Assembly: GCF_018350175.1 (NCBI RefSeq)
Contig: NC_058368.1
Location: forward strand, 127,970,001 to 128,034,000
Length of the DNA: 64,000 nucleotides
Source of the DNA: Felis catus
Taxonomy: Eukaryota
Direction of reading: 5' to 3'
The position numbers and the translations under genes were made by a program. Under the pieces are notes generated by a model, which saw nothing but the letters and a program-made list of their open reading frames with translations, had not been told where the DNA came from and did not search any database. Below are positions 22,941-36,874 of the stretch, piece after piece. Position 1 is the first letter of the stretch. Each line of letters starts with the position of its first letter.

Positions 22941-23564
22941 AGATCCCAAGAAATATTTTGGGGATGGAATAAAGATTGAAGAAATAATGAGTGCCCTAAG
23001 AAGTGCTTACTGCTAAAAAATATTCCATTTGGTGATGGTTCAAAGGCAACCATGTTGTATATCTGCCAAATTTATCAACTGTCTAAACACTATTATCACC
23101 ATAAGAATTCTAAACCCATGTTGGGAAAACTTTGGACAGGAGAGGGGTCGAGTCCTGAATGACTTAAAACAATGTAATATAGAGGATAAAGACTTGGGAG
23201 ATTCTGGGCCCCGTGTTTTACCCCAAGGAGCATCTCTATGGACCAAGAGGAAGAATCAAAGCAGAGCTTTGTTCAGACCTGTGTAATATAGAGATCTACA
23301 AGGGACCTTGAAAATCCCTGAAAGCCACTTCCAAATAAGAGCCTAGAACAGCATCTTAGATCCCTGATTTCGCTTAGGTCTGCCATGATCCTCTCTAGAC
23401 CTCCAGTTCTAAGAACAGGAGAAAAAAGTTTCTGAGATCCCCATTATAGTTCACATTCAACATATAAGCATTGTGTCTCTACCTTGTACCAGGTACTTTC
23501 AACCAACTCTCTGATAAAGACTTTCAACAACCAACTCCTGTAAGTCAGGCATTTTGTTCCCTTT

Positions 23565-24060
23565 GTAGTATACATCTATTATTTGTGTCTGCCCAGCACC
23601 TTATCTCCCTCCTCCTGGCAAGAGCATAACTACTTCTTTGTAGGAACTATTCCCTTCTTTATTTCAATCCAGGGTTAATAATAATAGCTTTTCTCTCCTC
23701 TTTGTTCACATAGGTAGACAGATGACTCCCCAGAATCTTGTTACATACCTAAGTGAATGGGACAGAAAATCACTTTTTTTTTCCTTTTGAGATGCTCAGC
23801 TGGGGTGTTCTAAGCCCGAAGCTGCCAGTTGCCATGTCTCTTTTTACATAAAACCCATCTGCTGTCAGTGAGGAAGAGGCCAACACAGAGCAAAAAAGCA
23901 GAGATAACAGTATCATGTGGTGACGGTCCCCTAAGGTCTCACACGTGCTAACAACGATTAGGTAGCTATTCTGATTATAGGACCTACCCTCCAACCAGAT
24001 CAGCTTTTCTTGCTTGAGCTAGCTTAGTTTTCGGTCACGTGCAACTGAGTGAGAGTCCTA
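23565..24060 (+). mobile_element. Old MaLR (MLT1J-like) solo LTR
   Basis: ttgtgtctgcccagcacc...ctgccagttgccatgtc...ttgcttgagctag...gtcacgtgcaactga; subfamily uncertain. Confidence 0.55.
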
Positions 24061-24254
24061 AGGTATCACATTATGAATGATTAAAAAGATGTAAAGGATT
24101 AAGTATATTGCCCAAAGTACATACTCAGAAATTGGAAAGACAGGACACCCAGCGCTTCATGAAGTCTTCAATATGTTCCACTATACCACAGAGAGTAATT
24201 TTTAAAAATAAGCCTAGGGTCTAACTGAATACATTATGCAGTGACTGGTTTTTC

Positions 24255-24981
24255 AAGTCACATATTTAAACAGAACACAAAAAGCATGAACCATACAAGA
24301 AATCGTGGGAAGTTGGATTTCATTAAAATTAAGAATTCTGTTCATCAAAAGAAATATATTCACATATTTATCAGAATACATAAACACACATCAGTAACAA
24401 AAAGATAATTAACAGTTGAAATATTTGAACAGGATTTCATAAAGGAGGTTTCATAAAGGCCAGTTAGTATATGAAAAGGTACTCAAACATCATTATTTAT
24501 CAGGAAAATGAGTACTAAAACTGTAATGACATACTACCACACATTCACCAGAGCAACTAAAATTAAAAACACTCACAATACAACATATTGGCATAAATGC
24601 AGAGGAATGAGGTCTCTCATATATTTTTGGTGGGAAAGAAAACTGGTACCACCCCTTTGGGAAAACATTTGACAGAAAGTAGTAAAGCTAAATAATTCCT
24701 ACCTTATGAACATGCAATCCTAATTTGCGTTCTAGCTACTAAAAAAAAATGAGTACATATGGCCATCAAAAAACTTACCAGATATTCATAATATCTGAAA
24801 AATGAAAACAGAGCAAATGCCCATCAAGAGGAGAAAAACATATCCATATAGTCAAATACTATACAGCAAAAACAGTCAAAACCAAGCTAAGGGAAGACAA
24901 GTAAGAATGGTGATAACCAATGGTGAGAAGGATGGTTTTTAAATCTTGCTTTGTATCTTAAACCAGGAAGTAGTTACACAA

Positions 24982-25024
<43 letters not shown>

Positions 25025-25080
25025 AAAATTGCTGAACTATACACTGAAAAATTATGTACTTTTCTATTATACCCCGTTTA
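24255..25080 (+). mobile_element. Old L1M 3' fragment containing a (TA)n microsatellite (24987-25021)
   Basis: ttggatttcattaaaattaagaattctgttcatcaaaaga; atatgaaaaggtactcaa; aactggtaccacccctttgg: L1 ORF2 3' motifs. Confidence 0.8.
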
Positions 25081-25100
25081 ACAACAACAAAAAAAGAATT

Positions 25101-25290
25101 GGGGTTCTCGGGTGGCTCAGTCAGTTGAGCATCCAACTCTTGATTTTTGGCTCAGGTCGTGATCTCACAGTCGTGAGATTGAGTCCAGCATCGGGCTCTG
25201 CATTTAGCATGGAGCCTACTTTGGATTCTCTCTCTCTCTTTCTGTCCTTCCCTCACTTTCTGTAAGTAAATAAATAAATAAATAAAATTA
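25101..25290 (+). mobile_element. Can-SINE
   Basis: ggggttctcgggtggctcagtcagttgagcatcc head; (taaa)n tail. Confidence 0.92.
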
Positions 25291-26410
25291 AGAAAATGCC
25301 ACAAACATACCCTAATTGTCTACGGTTTATTATTTTTAAAGTTATCCTTGAAGACTCCACAACATAGAACCCCAAAAGGGAATAGAATTGAGATCATTTC
25401 TAATGAGTTCCAATTTCTGCCTAGGTAAGTTGTATAACACAATAGAGTCTAGAAAGTCTTTATGTATTTCAGGGTTGTTTGTGGATAAGGTGTGATAAAC
25501 TGATGAAAAGAAATAATTTACACACTGTTAATTCACTTTTCTTGATCCACAAACTCACCCCAAGTTTAATTTCAATTCTCCTTGAAAATAGGGGAAAATA
25601 TAACTCATCTCATTCAGCTTCATAAACCCTTCCTATGAACTATAGATACTGGGCAAACTCTGTTTTGAGGAGTACTGTGTTATTAAATTACTATTTTATT
25701 AATATACCCACCTCTTCCAAAAGCACCCTCAAATAATTATATTTTCTCTGTGTTTTCAAATGACCTTAGAATAATCCATAAATGACAGAGCATTAATGTA
25801 AGAGAATATACAGCAGCCTTATTATTTCTAACTAATCATTAAAGTGCAATAAACATGACAAAAAGCATGTCTAGGCAAATATACACACTCACAAATATTA
25901 TCCAATCTCTTTCCAAACCTCCTGCATGCTGACCTTATCAACCCAATTAGATGGTTTCCCATTTCCAAAGCAAAGTTAAAAGCAGTAAACATATCATTAA
26001 GAAAAATGGGCAAAGGTTAGCTTCCTGCAGAATTGTTCTTAGAATAATTGTATGATTTTTGTCAATTTGTTTTGAGAAGTGACAATTGCTACTGGAAAAT
26101 AATCCGTTTTATGCTTCTCTCACTGATGTAATAGAGCAGGCACTGCTGAATATAACATTACGGAACTGGAAGGGGTCATAGAAATAATTCTTCTTCCTCA
26201 TTCAAAAAGTGAGAAAAACGAGGGCCTGAAATTTTTAATTATGTGCCCAAGACAGATATTTGAGAGATACCTAAGTTTCCTTACAGATATAATGTAGAAT
26301 CAGTCTATGAGCTCCAAAATGTAAATGAAAAAATATATACACCATAAAGCAAATTTTACTTTACAAATTGTGAGGAGCCTGGCAAGGTCCTTGATTTTTA
26401 CAACCAGTGA

Positions 26411-26626
26411 TTTATTTTGAGAGAGAGAGAGAGAGAGAGCGCGCGCATATGTGCATGCTAGGAAGCAGGGGAGGGGCAGAGAGACAGAGGGAGAGAGACT
26501 TCCAAGCAGTCTCCTAGCTGTCAGCACAGTGCTTCATGCGGGGCTCCATCAAAGGAACCATGAGATCACAACCTGAGCCCAAATCAGGAGTCCAACACTT
26601 AACAGACTGAGCCATCAAGGTGCGCC
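26411..26626 (-). mobile_element. Can-SINE
   Basis: tttattttgaga(ga)n...cttaacagactgagccatcaaggtgcgcc. Confidence 0.92.
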
Positions 26627-26900
26627 ATTTTTCCAAATGATTCTTTGGGATGATCTTCCTAAAGCACAAGTTTTACCTTCTAATACAATCCTCACTGCCC
26701 ATTTTAACTGAGTTTCCTAGAAACAGTTGCTGACACTAAGAGTCATGGGAAAGGCATTTATTAGAGTTTCTAGGAACTACAAGAACAGGATGTAAGAAGA
26801 AAAAGGAAAGGAAGGAAGTCAGGCAAGGCTGAAAGATAAAACCCCATCCACAATAGATGACACTGGCTCACTAATGCAGGGGCAACCTAGAGACGGAAGT

Positions 26901-27134
26901 CCGTGCTATTCAAAGTGTGGTTTGTAGATCCCTGTGGTCTGAGAATCAAGTGTGTCTGGTCAGTGATAAGATGCTTGCAGCTAAGTCACTAAACCCACTG
27001 TTTATTTCAGCTGACATTTCTTTCTTGAAACTGTTTCCTTGGGAAGGAAGCAGCATGTAGGTTTCCTTTCTGCCACAAACTGATTGTGTCCTGGATGGTA
27101 CGAAGTTTGCAGATTGGCTACTTTGAGCGCACTA
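26901..27134. mobile_element. hAT-Charlie-type MITE
   Basis: Imperfect terminal inverted repeats ccgtgctattcaaagt / actttgagcgcacta; subfamily not assigned. Confidence 0.55.
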
Positions 27135-27526
27135 GCGGAAATCACACATGGCAATTGTCCTTATCAGGGGAGAGGAAGCTGCATTATTCATATCCCATCA
27201 TCATCAATCAGTGCTTAAGGACTTGCCCGGGGGTATAGAGTGAAAATGCCTAGGCATTTCCAGATCTTAGTGAGGAGAGGGAGAAGCTCCGGCAGGCTGA
27301 GAGCAGCCTGTCCACAAGGAGACATGGTACTCCCTGTTTGCTCGGAGTAAAGCGACACCTGTGCAAGGAAAAGGCAAAAGACTCCAGGGTGATAAGAGAA
27401 GAACATGAACACTGCTCAATTGCCTGGAAAGTCCACACTTTGTCCTAGAGCACGATGCCTGCTACATCCGGTCTTCATCTTTTCACTTTTCTAATGACAT
27501 CCCATCCCAATCCATCTTAGTCTGCA

Positions 27527-27706
27527 CTAGTGGTTTTCAATTTTGCTTACACACAGGAATCACCTGGGGAGTTTTTAAACTACTGATGCCTGAATTTTAT
27601 ACCCACCCATCCTGAGTTTATTGGTCTAGTAAGGCCTAGGTGGTGGGATTTTTAAGTTCTCTCCCTAGGGTGATTCTGTAATACAGCCAAGATTGAGAAC
27701 CACCAC
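27527..27706. mobile_element. MER5-like hAT MITE
   Basis: tagtggttttcaa...gaatcacctggggag...ggtgattctg...ttgagaaccacc. Confidence 0.8.
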
Positions 27707-28555
27707 TCTAAGCTTTTATATTAAACTACTTGCAATTCCCTGGGTTTGACATTGCACAGCTCTGTCTGCCATGCCACGAACGCTGCAGAAATACCCTTTC
27801 CTCATCCTTGCCTTCTGAAACCCAGTATCATTTAAATTTCTATTCCTCCTTAAAGCTCAATTAAACCTCCATTTTCTCAGTTATAATGGTTAATAAACAC
27901 ATGGCCAAAGCATTCAGTGTATTTAGCACCTAACCAAAGTGAAGGAAATGTCCTTTAATATATTGTATTTGTATACAATAATTTTAACCCTCTAAAAAAC
28001 AATATGAATATGTGAATCATAAGCTTTTATCTAGATCATTTCTAAAACCTCAGGATAAAGAAATAATACCAAATACCAAAGAAAAAAAAACCTTTGTGTA
28101 TAACTCCACTGCATTCCTTAAATGAGGAGAAACCACCTAAACGTTCATCATGAACAGAAGAGTTATATAAACTATGTCGTAGTCCTACAGGGAAATATAT
28201 CAATTGAAAATAATACTTCAAAAGAGTTTTTAATAATTTGGGGAACTGTTTATACTGTGACCAACCAACCACTTACGTATATACTCAGTTTATAAAACTG
28301 TGAATACAAAACATTCTTATCTATTTTCCAAAAAAGCATTTAAAAAGATGGGAAGATAGACAAAAAATAAATCAACTATTACTCTGAATGGTAGTATTGT
28401 GAATACAAAAATTAAGATATCATTAATATTTTCCTACAATTGCTGTTTTGACTTATTTAAAAATTAAGACTATACCTTTAATATTTCCCAAGTATTAATT
28501 TCTCTTATTAATTATAACATATCACAAATGTGGCCTTTGGATTACACTTTATATA

Positions 28556-28578
28556 TTTTTTATTGTTTGCTTATTTTT

Positions 28579-28610
<32 letters not shown>

Positions 28611-28788
28611 GAGAGAGACAGAGTGAGTGGGGGAGGGGCAGAGAGAGACTCAGACACCGAATCTGAAGCAGGCTCCAGGCTCTGAGCTGTCAGCGCAGAA
28701 CCTGATGTGGGACTGGAACTCACGAACTGCAAGATCATGACCTGACCTGAAGTTGGCCACTTAACTGACTGAGCCACCCAGGTGCCCC
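28556..28788 (-). mobile_element. Can-SINE (felid type)
   Basis: (GA)n tract, gaatctgaagcaggctccaggctctgagctgtcag, ends gagccacccaggtgcccc. Confidence 0.95.
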
Positions 28789-28796
28789 ATACCTTA

Positions 28797-30080
28797 TATT
28801 TTTAATTGGGGTTTAATTTACATACAATAAAATCTTCAGAACATAAATGTGCTGTTGAATTGGTTTTAACAAAGTTGTGAGAACAGTTCCACTACCCAGA
28901 AACCTTCCTTATAGCCATCCCTCCTCAATCTACCTCCCACCCCTATAAGAAGCAACCACTAATCTGATTTACATCAATTTAAGTGAGTTGTGCCCATTCT
29001 AGAGCTGCCTATAAATGAGATCATAGCCTATGTACTTTTCCTTCCTTTACTCAATATTTTTTGAGATGAATATTATTGCATTTATTAGTGGTTAGCTCCT
29101 TTTCATTGGTGAGTCATTTCCACTGTGTGAATATACCACAGTTTGTTTAGTCAGACTCCAGTTGATGAATATCTGGGTTGTTCCAGTTTGGCTATTATAA
29201 ATTAAGCTCCCATAAACATTCTTATACAAGTTTTTATGGGCATTTGTTTTTATTTCTCTGGGATAAATACCTATATTTTAGGCAGCCTCCAAGATGGCAC
29301 CTAATGATCCTTGCCACCATGTATCCCTACCCCCTACTCCATATACACACATTGAATAGGGCTAATCTATGTAATCAATAATATATTAGGAAAAAAATAG
29401 ACATGAGCATGGTTTTTAAGGCTACATCATAAAAGCTGCCACCTTGCTCTCTCTAGGATCATTCACTCTGTGGGATGCCAGCTGCAAGGGGGACACTAAA
29501 AGGAGGAATACGCCAGAATCCATATGGCAAGGATCTGAGGTCTCTTGCCAACTGCCACCCTCAACTTGTCAGTCATGAGAATATGCCATCTTTGGAGCAG
29601 AACCTCCAGCCCCAGTCCAGCTTTCAGGTGACTGTGGCCCTGGCCAACACACTGACACCTCATGTGATACCCTATGGCCAGACCACCTAGCTAAGACAGC
29701 TCCTGGATTCCTGACTCTCAGAGACTGTATGAGATAATAAATATTTACTATGGTTTTAAGCCATTATGTTGTAGTAATCTGATGCAGATAACTAATACAA
29801 TCTAGGAGTGGAACTCATGGATCATAGAGTACATATATGTTCAATGTTTTAAGGGATACTAAAAATTTTCCAACTACACTACCATAGTTAGGATTTTTCC
29901 CTATTTTCGCCAACACTTGTTATCATCTGTCTTTTTTATGTAGCATTCTAGTAGGTGTGTAGCCATATGTCACTGGGATTTTAATTTAAATTTCAGAGAT
30001 GACTAAAAATATTGAACATTTCACATGCTTATTATGTATCTTATATTTTATGTATTATTGATACACGTTTTGTAAGACTG
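28797..30080 (-). mobile_element. Old L1M 3' fragment interrupted by an MLT1 LTR
   Basis: aatttacatacaataaa, gcaaccactaatctg, ttccactgtgtgaatataccacagtttgttt, ggataaatacc|...|ctaggagtggaa: reverse L1 3' motifs split by an insertion. Confidence 0.85.
29272..29799 (+). mobile_element. MaLR solo LTR (MLT1E/F-like)
   Basis: ggcagcctccaagatggc start; gactgtatgagataataaat...ttttaagcca...agataactaataca end. Confidence 0.85.
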
Positions 30081-31539
30081 TTAAAAAATACCTTCCATGG
30101 AGCTTGATAGTAATCAGGGATTAATAAATCCTTTATTAAAAATTAATAAACAGATGAACAGGTTTTTCCCCTCAAAACTTATGAACAGAAGTAACCCTGA
30201 GCTATTTCAAAAATAGGAATTATAAAATGCACAATATAATCTATATCTTCATTACTGGGTGGTAGTAATTCACAATGAGATGTTCAAAGTTTCTCTTTCT
30301 TTCATTTCCTAGGAGAAAATATGTTGTCGTTCCCCTTAATTTTCTATTAAGGATTTTTCTTGCTCAGTGCACTTGGCATTGCGCTAAAAGTCTTACAGTA
30401 TAAGCTAGGAACAGAGTAACCCTGTTAGGCAGAACATGGAGACAACCATGAGTTATGAGTTAAATTAGTAAAATCAACACAAAGTAAATTAAATCTAGTA
30501 TCTGAAGAGATGGCCTCAGAAGATGTTAACAAAGACAAAAAAACACGCAGACCTTGAGCATTATCTAATTAACAACATAAATATATCTACAGATACAACT
30601 TGCTGTTAATGGTGAAATGGTCATATTAGAAAGAGATAAAAGGTAACCAGGGAGCCAGAATTTGCTGTAATTTATTTAGTGTATAGATACTACAACAATA
30701 CTGAATGAGGTGCAGGGAACAACACAAGAGTTCTAATCACTATAAAGAGGTGTTCTCCATTGTGGGGCAGAGGTGAATCATCAGGTATGGTATCATGGCC
30801 CTGATGACAGAAGTTCTTCTTTTATCTTTGTTCAGACCCCATGACAATTTAGCTTCCCACAAGGGTATGTACTGGAGCAGACTTGAGGGTTCAGATCCCA
30901 ACACAAGAAACAGTTCCCACCGTAAAACAATAAACTGATCCAGGAAGAGATGAGCTAATCAGATAATTAAGACATTCTACTCGGGTTACTGGCATGATTT
31001 CACATATTTAATTAATATGGCAAATAATGACTTCACAAACAGCAAACTTGTTGTGCTAAAAAAAAATAACTTTTCATTTTTCTATTACTGTACTTCTTTT
31101 CTTAAACACCATTTTTCTAGTTGCATATAACAAACCTAGTCACTTCAAGGTATTTTTCAGTCAGATCATGGGTTCCTCTGTCATATAAAATGAAAGCAAT
31201 GTCTTCTCTCATGTCTGTGTGTAGCGTCTGATATTTACAGAATGGAGGCCTGGCAAAGCTGCCATATTGTAGAACTCCAAAAACACCAATCGTGGCAGTA
31301 TTAAAGCTTCTTCTCAGTCAACATTTCTCTGCTATAATGTCCACTGCTTATGAGAAAACAGTGGGTTTCTCCTGTCAGTATTTAGGAAGAGACACTCCTC
31401 TCTCTCAGATTCTTTGAAGATGATAATCATCTCCACACAAATTATCCTGTGAATTCTCTTCTGACCAAAAAGCTTCTTTGGGTCAAAGTTAGACAACTCT
31501 ACCTATTTCTACACCATTCTCAGGGCATGTGAAGAGCTG

Positions 31540-32035
31540 TGTAGTGGTTACCTATTGTGGTAGAAAAAAAACACCCAAAACTTAAAACACTAACATTTAT
31601 GATCTGTAGATCCAATCTTCAAGGGCTTGGCTGGGTATTTCTTCTACCTCTCCTGGAATCACTTGGTGGTATCTGGCTGGTGGCTTGACTGGTTTGGAAT
31701 TCCAAGACAGAGTCACTCACATGCCTGTTGTCTTGCTGGGATGGATGGCAGGCTCAACTTAGCTGGCCCCTGCTCCCCTATCCAGGCAGTCCTACAGAGG
31801 CTCTCAAGCAGGATGGTCCAACTTCTTCCACAACAGCTGGCTTTTCCCTGAGGGAGCATTCTAAGAGATCCAAGCGAAAGATGCTAAACTCATTAGCTAG
31901 CTTGGAAGCCACAGAAGCTCACTTCTGTTGCATTCTATCGGTCTGCTAAGCTACTATAAAACCTTCTTTCAAGGGGAAGAGAATTAGATTCTGCCTCTCA
32001 ATGGGAAGCAGAAAAGACTTTGTGGCCGTTTGTAA
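31540..32035 (-). mobile_element. Old MaLR (MLT1) solo LTR
   Basis: tgtgtagtggttacctattg...acacccaaaacttaa...cacttctgttgcattctatcggtc...tcaaggggaagagaattagattctgcctctcaatggga. Confidence 0.65.
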
Positions 32036-32744
32036 TCTGGGTTGGAAAGGAAAGAAGCAATGTTTCCAAGCCTCTGTGGGGATCATAAGAAACTCAGTAA
32101 GGTTAACTCAAATTCTCCTGGCCTTCACTACCATCTCATGCCATGCTATATACCATCATCCCTTCAAATGGTGTCAAACCATCCCAGGATGTAAGGAGAT
32201 TCCCGCCTGGGAATCCAATTCCATCCTCCTCAGCTCTTTTGTTCTACCCAAGGTGGGAGGACCCTCATCTTTACCCAGCAACCAGGACAAACAGTCCTCA
32301 ACAGGATAAATTTTCTTGTTGTCTAGAATTTATACCAGGACTTTATAATTCAAAATTCAAAGGCTATTAATGTTTCTTTTTTTTCCCCTCTGTGGTCTAC
32401 GGAAGCTTTCCTCTTCAGAGTCAGAGGAACCAAAATCTAGATCAAAGTGGCAAACAGGACTACAGGTAAAAGATTGCAGGAGGAAAAAAAAATCACCTCA
32501 GTACTTGCTTCAAAATAATTATTCTGTCACTTTTATAAATGAGCTTTCTGGCTTTTACATTAGTCACTCATGAGTTTATTTGTTCAATTCCTTCTCTCAG
32601 AGACTGTGAGCTGATTAAATCTAGGAGCAATGATAAAAGTCAATCACTGGACCTGCAAAGAACCCAGCGCACTTCACTGAATTCTAACAAGGGCACTCTC
32701 CAGCGCTCTGCTTCATAATATTATTAATTAGAAGCTCCCTTTTA

Positions 32745-32960
32745 TTTAGTTAGCACCCTAATACTATACAAGGTGCTTTACCCATATTACTTTATTTAAA
32801 TACAGTGAGAACCCTATGAGATAGGTCATATTTTTTTCTACTTTATCTATATAGAAACTGAGACTAAGAAATTAAGCAACTTGGAAAAGATCCCACAGTG
32901 ACAGAGGTACTCTAACTTAGGTCACTGAGCTTTAGAGTTCAAACTCTCAACCACTATGCT
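32745..32960 (-). mobile_element. MIR SINE
   Basis: accctatgagataggt...agaaactgagact...attaagcaacttg...ctctcaaccactatgct. Confidence 0.75.
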
Positions 32961-34204
32961 ACTGATGCTTTAATGTATGTTTTATAACTGCAACAAAGTG
33001 TAATTCTATTATTGTAACTACTTTCTGAATAAACTTTGTTTTGATGACACTAACCTCTGGCTAGAGTCATGTATATTGACTGAGGTTGAATTTTAAACAT
33101 CTAGTTTTCAAAAACCTTTTGCAGCACACCAACAAGGAATTTTAATCAATCTGTATATGGATATGAAGATTTAACATAGCTAGGAAGAAAAAAAAAAACA
33201 GCAGATAATAATAGTAAATCCATAAAATGTAACAGGATATACAAAGGCAAATAGCCTACATGTCAGTTTTACCTATTATTTGAATATAAACCTCAAAAAC
33301 TTTTTTTTTAAATAAGACCAGGTGAATATTATGACTTGGCTTTGTATTGACATGAACAGTGTTCTTTAAAGTGATTATGCTAAGAAATCTCTTTATTTGT
33401 ATCCCTGTCACATCTGGTGACAGCAAAGGTTAACTTGTTAATTCCCAGTTGTGGACTATAAAAATGTAGCAGACTTCAAGAGAGTAGAGCTATAATAGTA
33501 AAGTACCAGTGAATCACGCATACCAAATCACAGATGCTCAAATAAATAAAATATGATGCCCCAGAAAACCCGAAGGATAAAGTCAGTTGGGATCAACTTT
33601 CACAAAAATGTGAGCCTTAATGCACTGTGTCTTGACTCCTAATACTTTTGCAAATGTAGCAAAGATATCTTAAAATACAGTCACTTAATTTTTCAATTAA
33701 GACAAGCTCTTCTTTTAAATGCACGTTAAGCAATCCTTTTTTTACAGTGCAAAGAAAATGAGATATAGACAAAACTACACAAATGCCAGCAACTAGAAAA
33801 AAAACCAGGCTGGAACCAGAATAAACCAGCCTGAGAGCTCCCCAAAACTTGTACATAACTTCAAGAGTGGTACTGGTTTTAGGTTCTGTTGTAAAATACT
33901 CTCCCAAACTCCCTTTATCATCAATGCCATCTGGCACCCCTTAATCCTTAGCTGTCCTTTCTGGACATATGTAAACTCTGTTAAACTGATTAATTCCAAC
34001 TTCATCACAAGACTATAAGCTTGAAGATGGCTGTGTTGTAATAACTTCCAATCACTCTTTGAACTGATCACCTATTTTCTGACACAAAAAGGGAAAAATA
34101 TACAAATATATAGACATACATAGATACATACACACAAGTGTGCATTCTTTATAAATGCATAATCACAACTAAACAGTTGAACTTGCAACCCAAGTTTTAA
34201 GAGA

Positions 34205-34207
<3 letters not shown>

Positions 34208-34255
<48 letters not shown>

Positions 34256-34280
34256 ATATATATGTGTGTGTGTGTATATG
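34208..34280. repeat. (TA)n-(TG)n compound microsatellite
   Basis: Seen directly. Confidence 0.95.
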
Positions 34281-34784
34281 TTTCTATAATCATAATTAAA
34301 GATTTAAAATGGCAAAGTCTCCCATCTATGCTAATAAGACAGCATTATTAAATGAGATAATACTGTATAAGTGGATATGCTTAACATATGGTTGCCATTT
34401 GATAAATGTCAGTTCCCTTTCCCTTTCAGTTATGCAGAAAATATAAATATTAAAAAGTGGGAGGAGGTAAAGAGGGATAGTAAAACTCCTTCACACAATA
34501 CCAAAGATATACCTTTCATGAGGTCAGGGAATTGATTTTATTGATTGATGGATCCTTGACACCTGGCCAAAGTAGCATTCAATAAATATATGCTGATGAT
34601 TATGCAATAGGAAGGAGGGAAGGGAGGAAAAAAGGAAAGAGTGGGGGAGGGAGCAAGTCTGACTAATAAACTGTGTAACTCATACTATAATATTCTTTAA
34701 CAAGATCAGTGATTCTGATTCAAAAGCTAAGAAATCACTTTTTTCCCTCAGAAATACCTAAAAATGCAATGTATTCACTCTTGC

Positions 34785-35420
34785 TCTATAGGAGAGTGGT
34801 TAAGCTCACGGACTGGAGTCAGACTAGAGTTCAGTTCAAAGCCCACTGCACCCCTTTGACCTGTGTGACCTTGTTCAAGTACCTTAAACTGTCAAGACCT
34901 CTGTTTTCTCATCTGAAAAATAGTTACAATAAGCAATGCATAGCATTTAGTATCTGTTGTGGGTTGAATTATGTCCCCCTAAAATTCTTATGTTGAAGCC
35001 TTAATCCTAAATGTGAATCTATTTAGAAATAGGGCCTTTAAAGAGGTAATTAAGGTGAAATGAGCTCATAAGAGTGGGTCTCTAATCCAATACAAGTGGT
35101 GTCCTCATAAGAAGGCAAACAGACACCAGGAGGGCACACAAATGGAGGAAAAGCCATGTTAGGACACAGCGAGAAGGAAGCCATTTAACAGCCAATAAGA
35201 GAGGCCTTAACAGAAACCAGTCATGCCAACACCTTGAAATTAGACATACAGTCCGTATCTAGACCTAGGAGAAAATAAATATCTGCTGTTTCAGGCAACC
35301 AGTCTTTGGTATTTTCTAATGGCAGCCCAACTGACTAATACAGCATTTCATAAGGCTGTTGTGAGCACTGGACTAGAAAATAAATGTAAGAAGTGTCATG
35401 CCTAGCACATAGGGGCTGCC
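34785..35420 (+). mobile_element. MIR SINE split by an MLT1A LTR
   Basis: gtggttaagctcacggactggagtcagac...ctgtgtgaccttgttcaagt...ctcatctgaaaaat; resumes after 35342 (cataaggctgttgtgag...cctagcacatag). Confidence 0.75.
34955..35342 (+). mobile_element. MaLR solo LTR (MLT1A/B-like)
   Basis: TG...CA ends: tgttgtgggttgaattatgtcccc ... ggcagcccaactgactaataca; internal aataaa. Confidence 0.9.
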
Positions 35421-35444
35421 TATAAAATCCACCTAATATTGATT

Positions 35445-35970
35445 TGGGAGACAGTTCTCTATAAGTCTTTCACATTTCTGCACATCTTCTTAGCAGAGAT
35501 TCTGAAAGCTCTGGGTCAGAAGTCTCTTTTCAAAGATGTTTATAGAGCAAAGAGCCTTAGAAAAGAGAGAAAAAAACAGTGTTTTCACCTGGAGCAGAGG
35601 GAAGGTGTATTTACTGCCCAATATCATAATGACAATGTTTTGCTCCAGTGCAAAGGTTGATCAGCTTTGCTGCAGCCTAATAAAAAACATTTAGGTTCCC
35701 TAAGCTCAGAGTTCCTTGACTGAGATGCAAACCCACTGTGTGTGTGCACCATCCAACTTGGCTGTTCCATTTTCCCTCCAAAGAACTTCGGGGCAAGGGC
35801 AAAGGGAAAATGACACAAACTTAAAGCTCACATTACCTGCAATGCTATAACTAACCATGTCCTTTGTCTCTGACCTGAGAGACTCATGTCTTCTGGGAGC
35901 ATTCCTTAAACTATGTCAAGCCAACAACTTATAACTAAGGCAAAACACAGATCTTTCACAGTTCTTAACA
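35445..35970 (+). mobile_element. ERVL-type solo LTR (MER54-like, tentative)
   Basis: tgggagacagttctctataagtctttcacatttctgcacatc ... gtcctttgtctctgacc ... ttcacagttcttaaca; family name from recall. Confidence 0.6.
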
Positions 35971-36249
35971 ATTACAAGCATTATTACTCTTATTCCTACT
36001 CTTTAGGAAATAAATGCACAAAACAAAAAATGTAAATACAACCTTAGAAAAGGTAGCCACTTCTGTATAAGGGCTTGCTAGTTAAGGCAATTACCAAAGA
36101 GAAAGCCTATGTCCTCCTCAAACCAATCCTTCTAGTTGTGCTCCCATACTCTTTTCTCCCCCATTATCTCTTCTGTCTAATCCCTGGAAAACCTCACCTC
36201 ACCCTATAACCACCTTCCACCTCTCTCCAACTCATACCCAAACCTCTTT

Positions 36250-36860
36250 TAAAAGTCACGTTCATTATCTGATTTTTTCCCTTTACTGTTTCTTCACTCT
36301 TCAGTAACCTTAATACAGCATGCCTCACCATCTCTACTCACACAGTTTTGGAAAGGTTACCATGAAATTTTCTTTGTGAGTAAATGCAATGGGCATTTGT
36401 CATGGCTCCTCTTACTTGACCCTTCTGCAACATTTAACATTGCCATTCCATGCCTCGTTTTTGAAAATTCTCTTTTTGATGTCTATAACATCATACTCTT
36501 CTGAATTTCTCCTACATTCTCTGTCTCAAGCTCCTATACTCAAGCTTTAAAAAGTTCAGTTCCTCAAGCCTCAGTCCCAAGTTCCTATCTCTTTTGAGGG
36601 TGGTACTGTCTGTCCCTGAGTGATCCCATTTGCACCCATAGGCTCAGTCATCAACAATCAATCACAAATGTAATCTCTGAACTAGATTTTTTTTCCTCTG
36701 AGATCTAAACTCCTAGATCTAAATTCAACAACCCTTCATGAATTTCTTGAAAGTATCTCAAATTAAATATATGAGTCCAAGATTGTGTCTGCCTCTCTCT
36801 CTCTCTTCCCATGCTAACATATAGAAATAACACATGCCATTTGAATGAATTAATAAATGC
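36250..36860 (+). mobile_element. Decayed L2 fragment
   Basis: ctcttacttgacccttctgcaacatttaacattg RT-region motif; tgaatgaat tail. Confidence 0.6.
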
Positions 36861-36874
36861 TAAAGCAGGAGACT

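Noticed and set aside
25409..25430. Plus-strand ccaatttctgcctag|gtaagt and other AG|GTRAGT sites (plus ~19307 and ~19583; minus ~60597)
   Set aside because: Weak or absent Py tract/branch point; the number seen is near chance expectation for this motif
30836..30864. Plus-strand 29-nt pseudo-exon (ttatctttgttcag|...AAGG|gtatgt)
   Set aside because: Opposite to the inferred transcription strand, frame-shifting, peptide unrecognised; kept only as a reminder that such signals arise by chance
33617..34100. Minus-strand acceptor (tttttccctttttgtgtcag) and two overlapping ORFs
   Set aside because: All frames stop within 9 codons of the acceptor, no good donor nearby, and the ORFs resemble nothing I recognise
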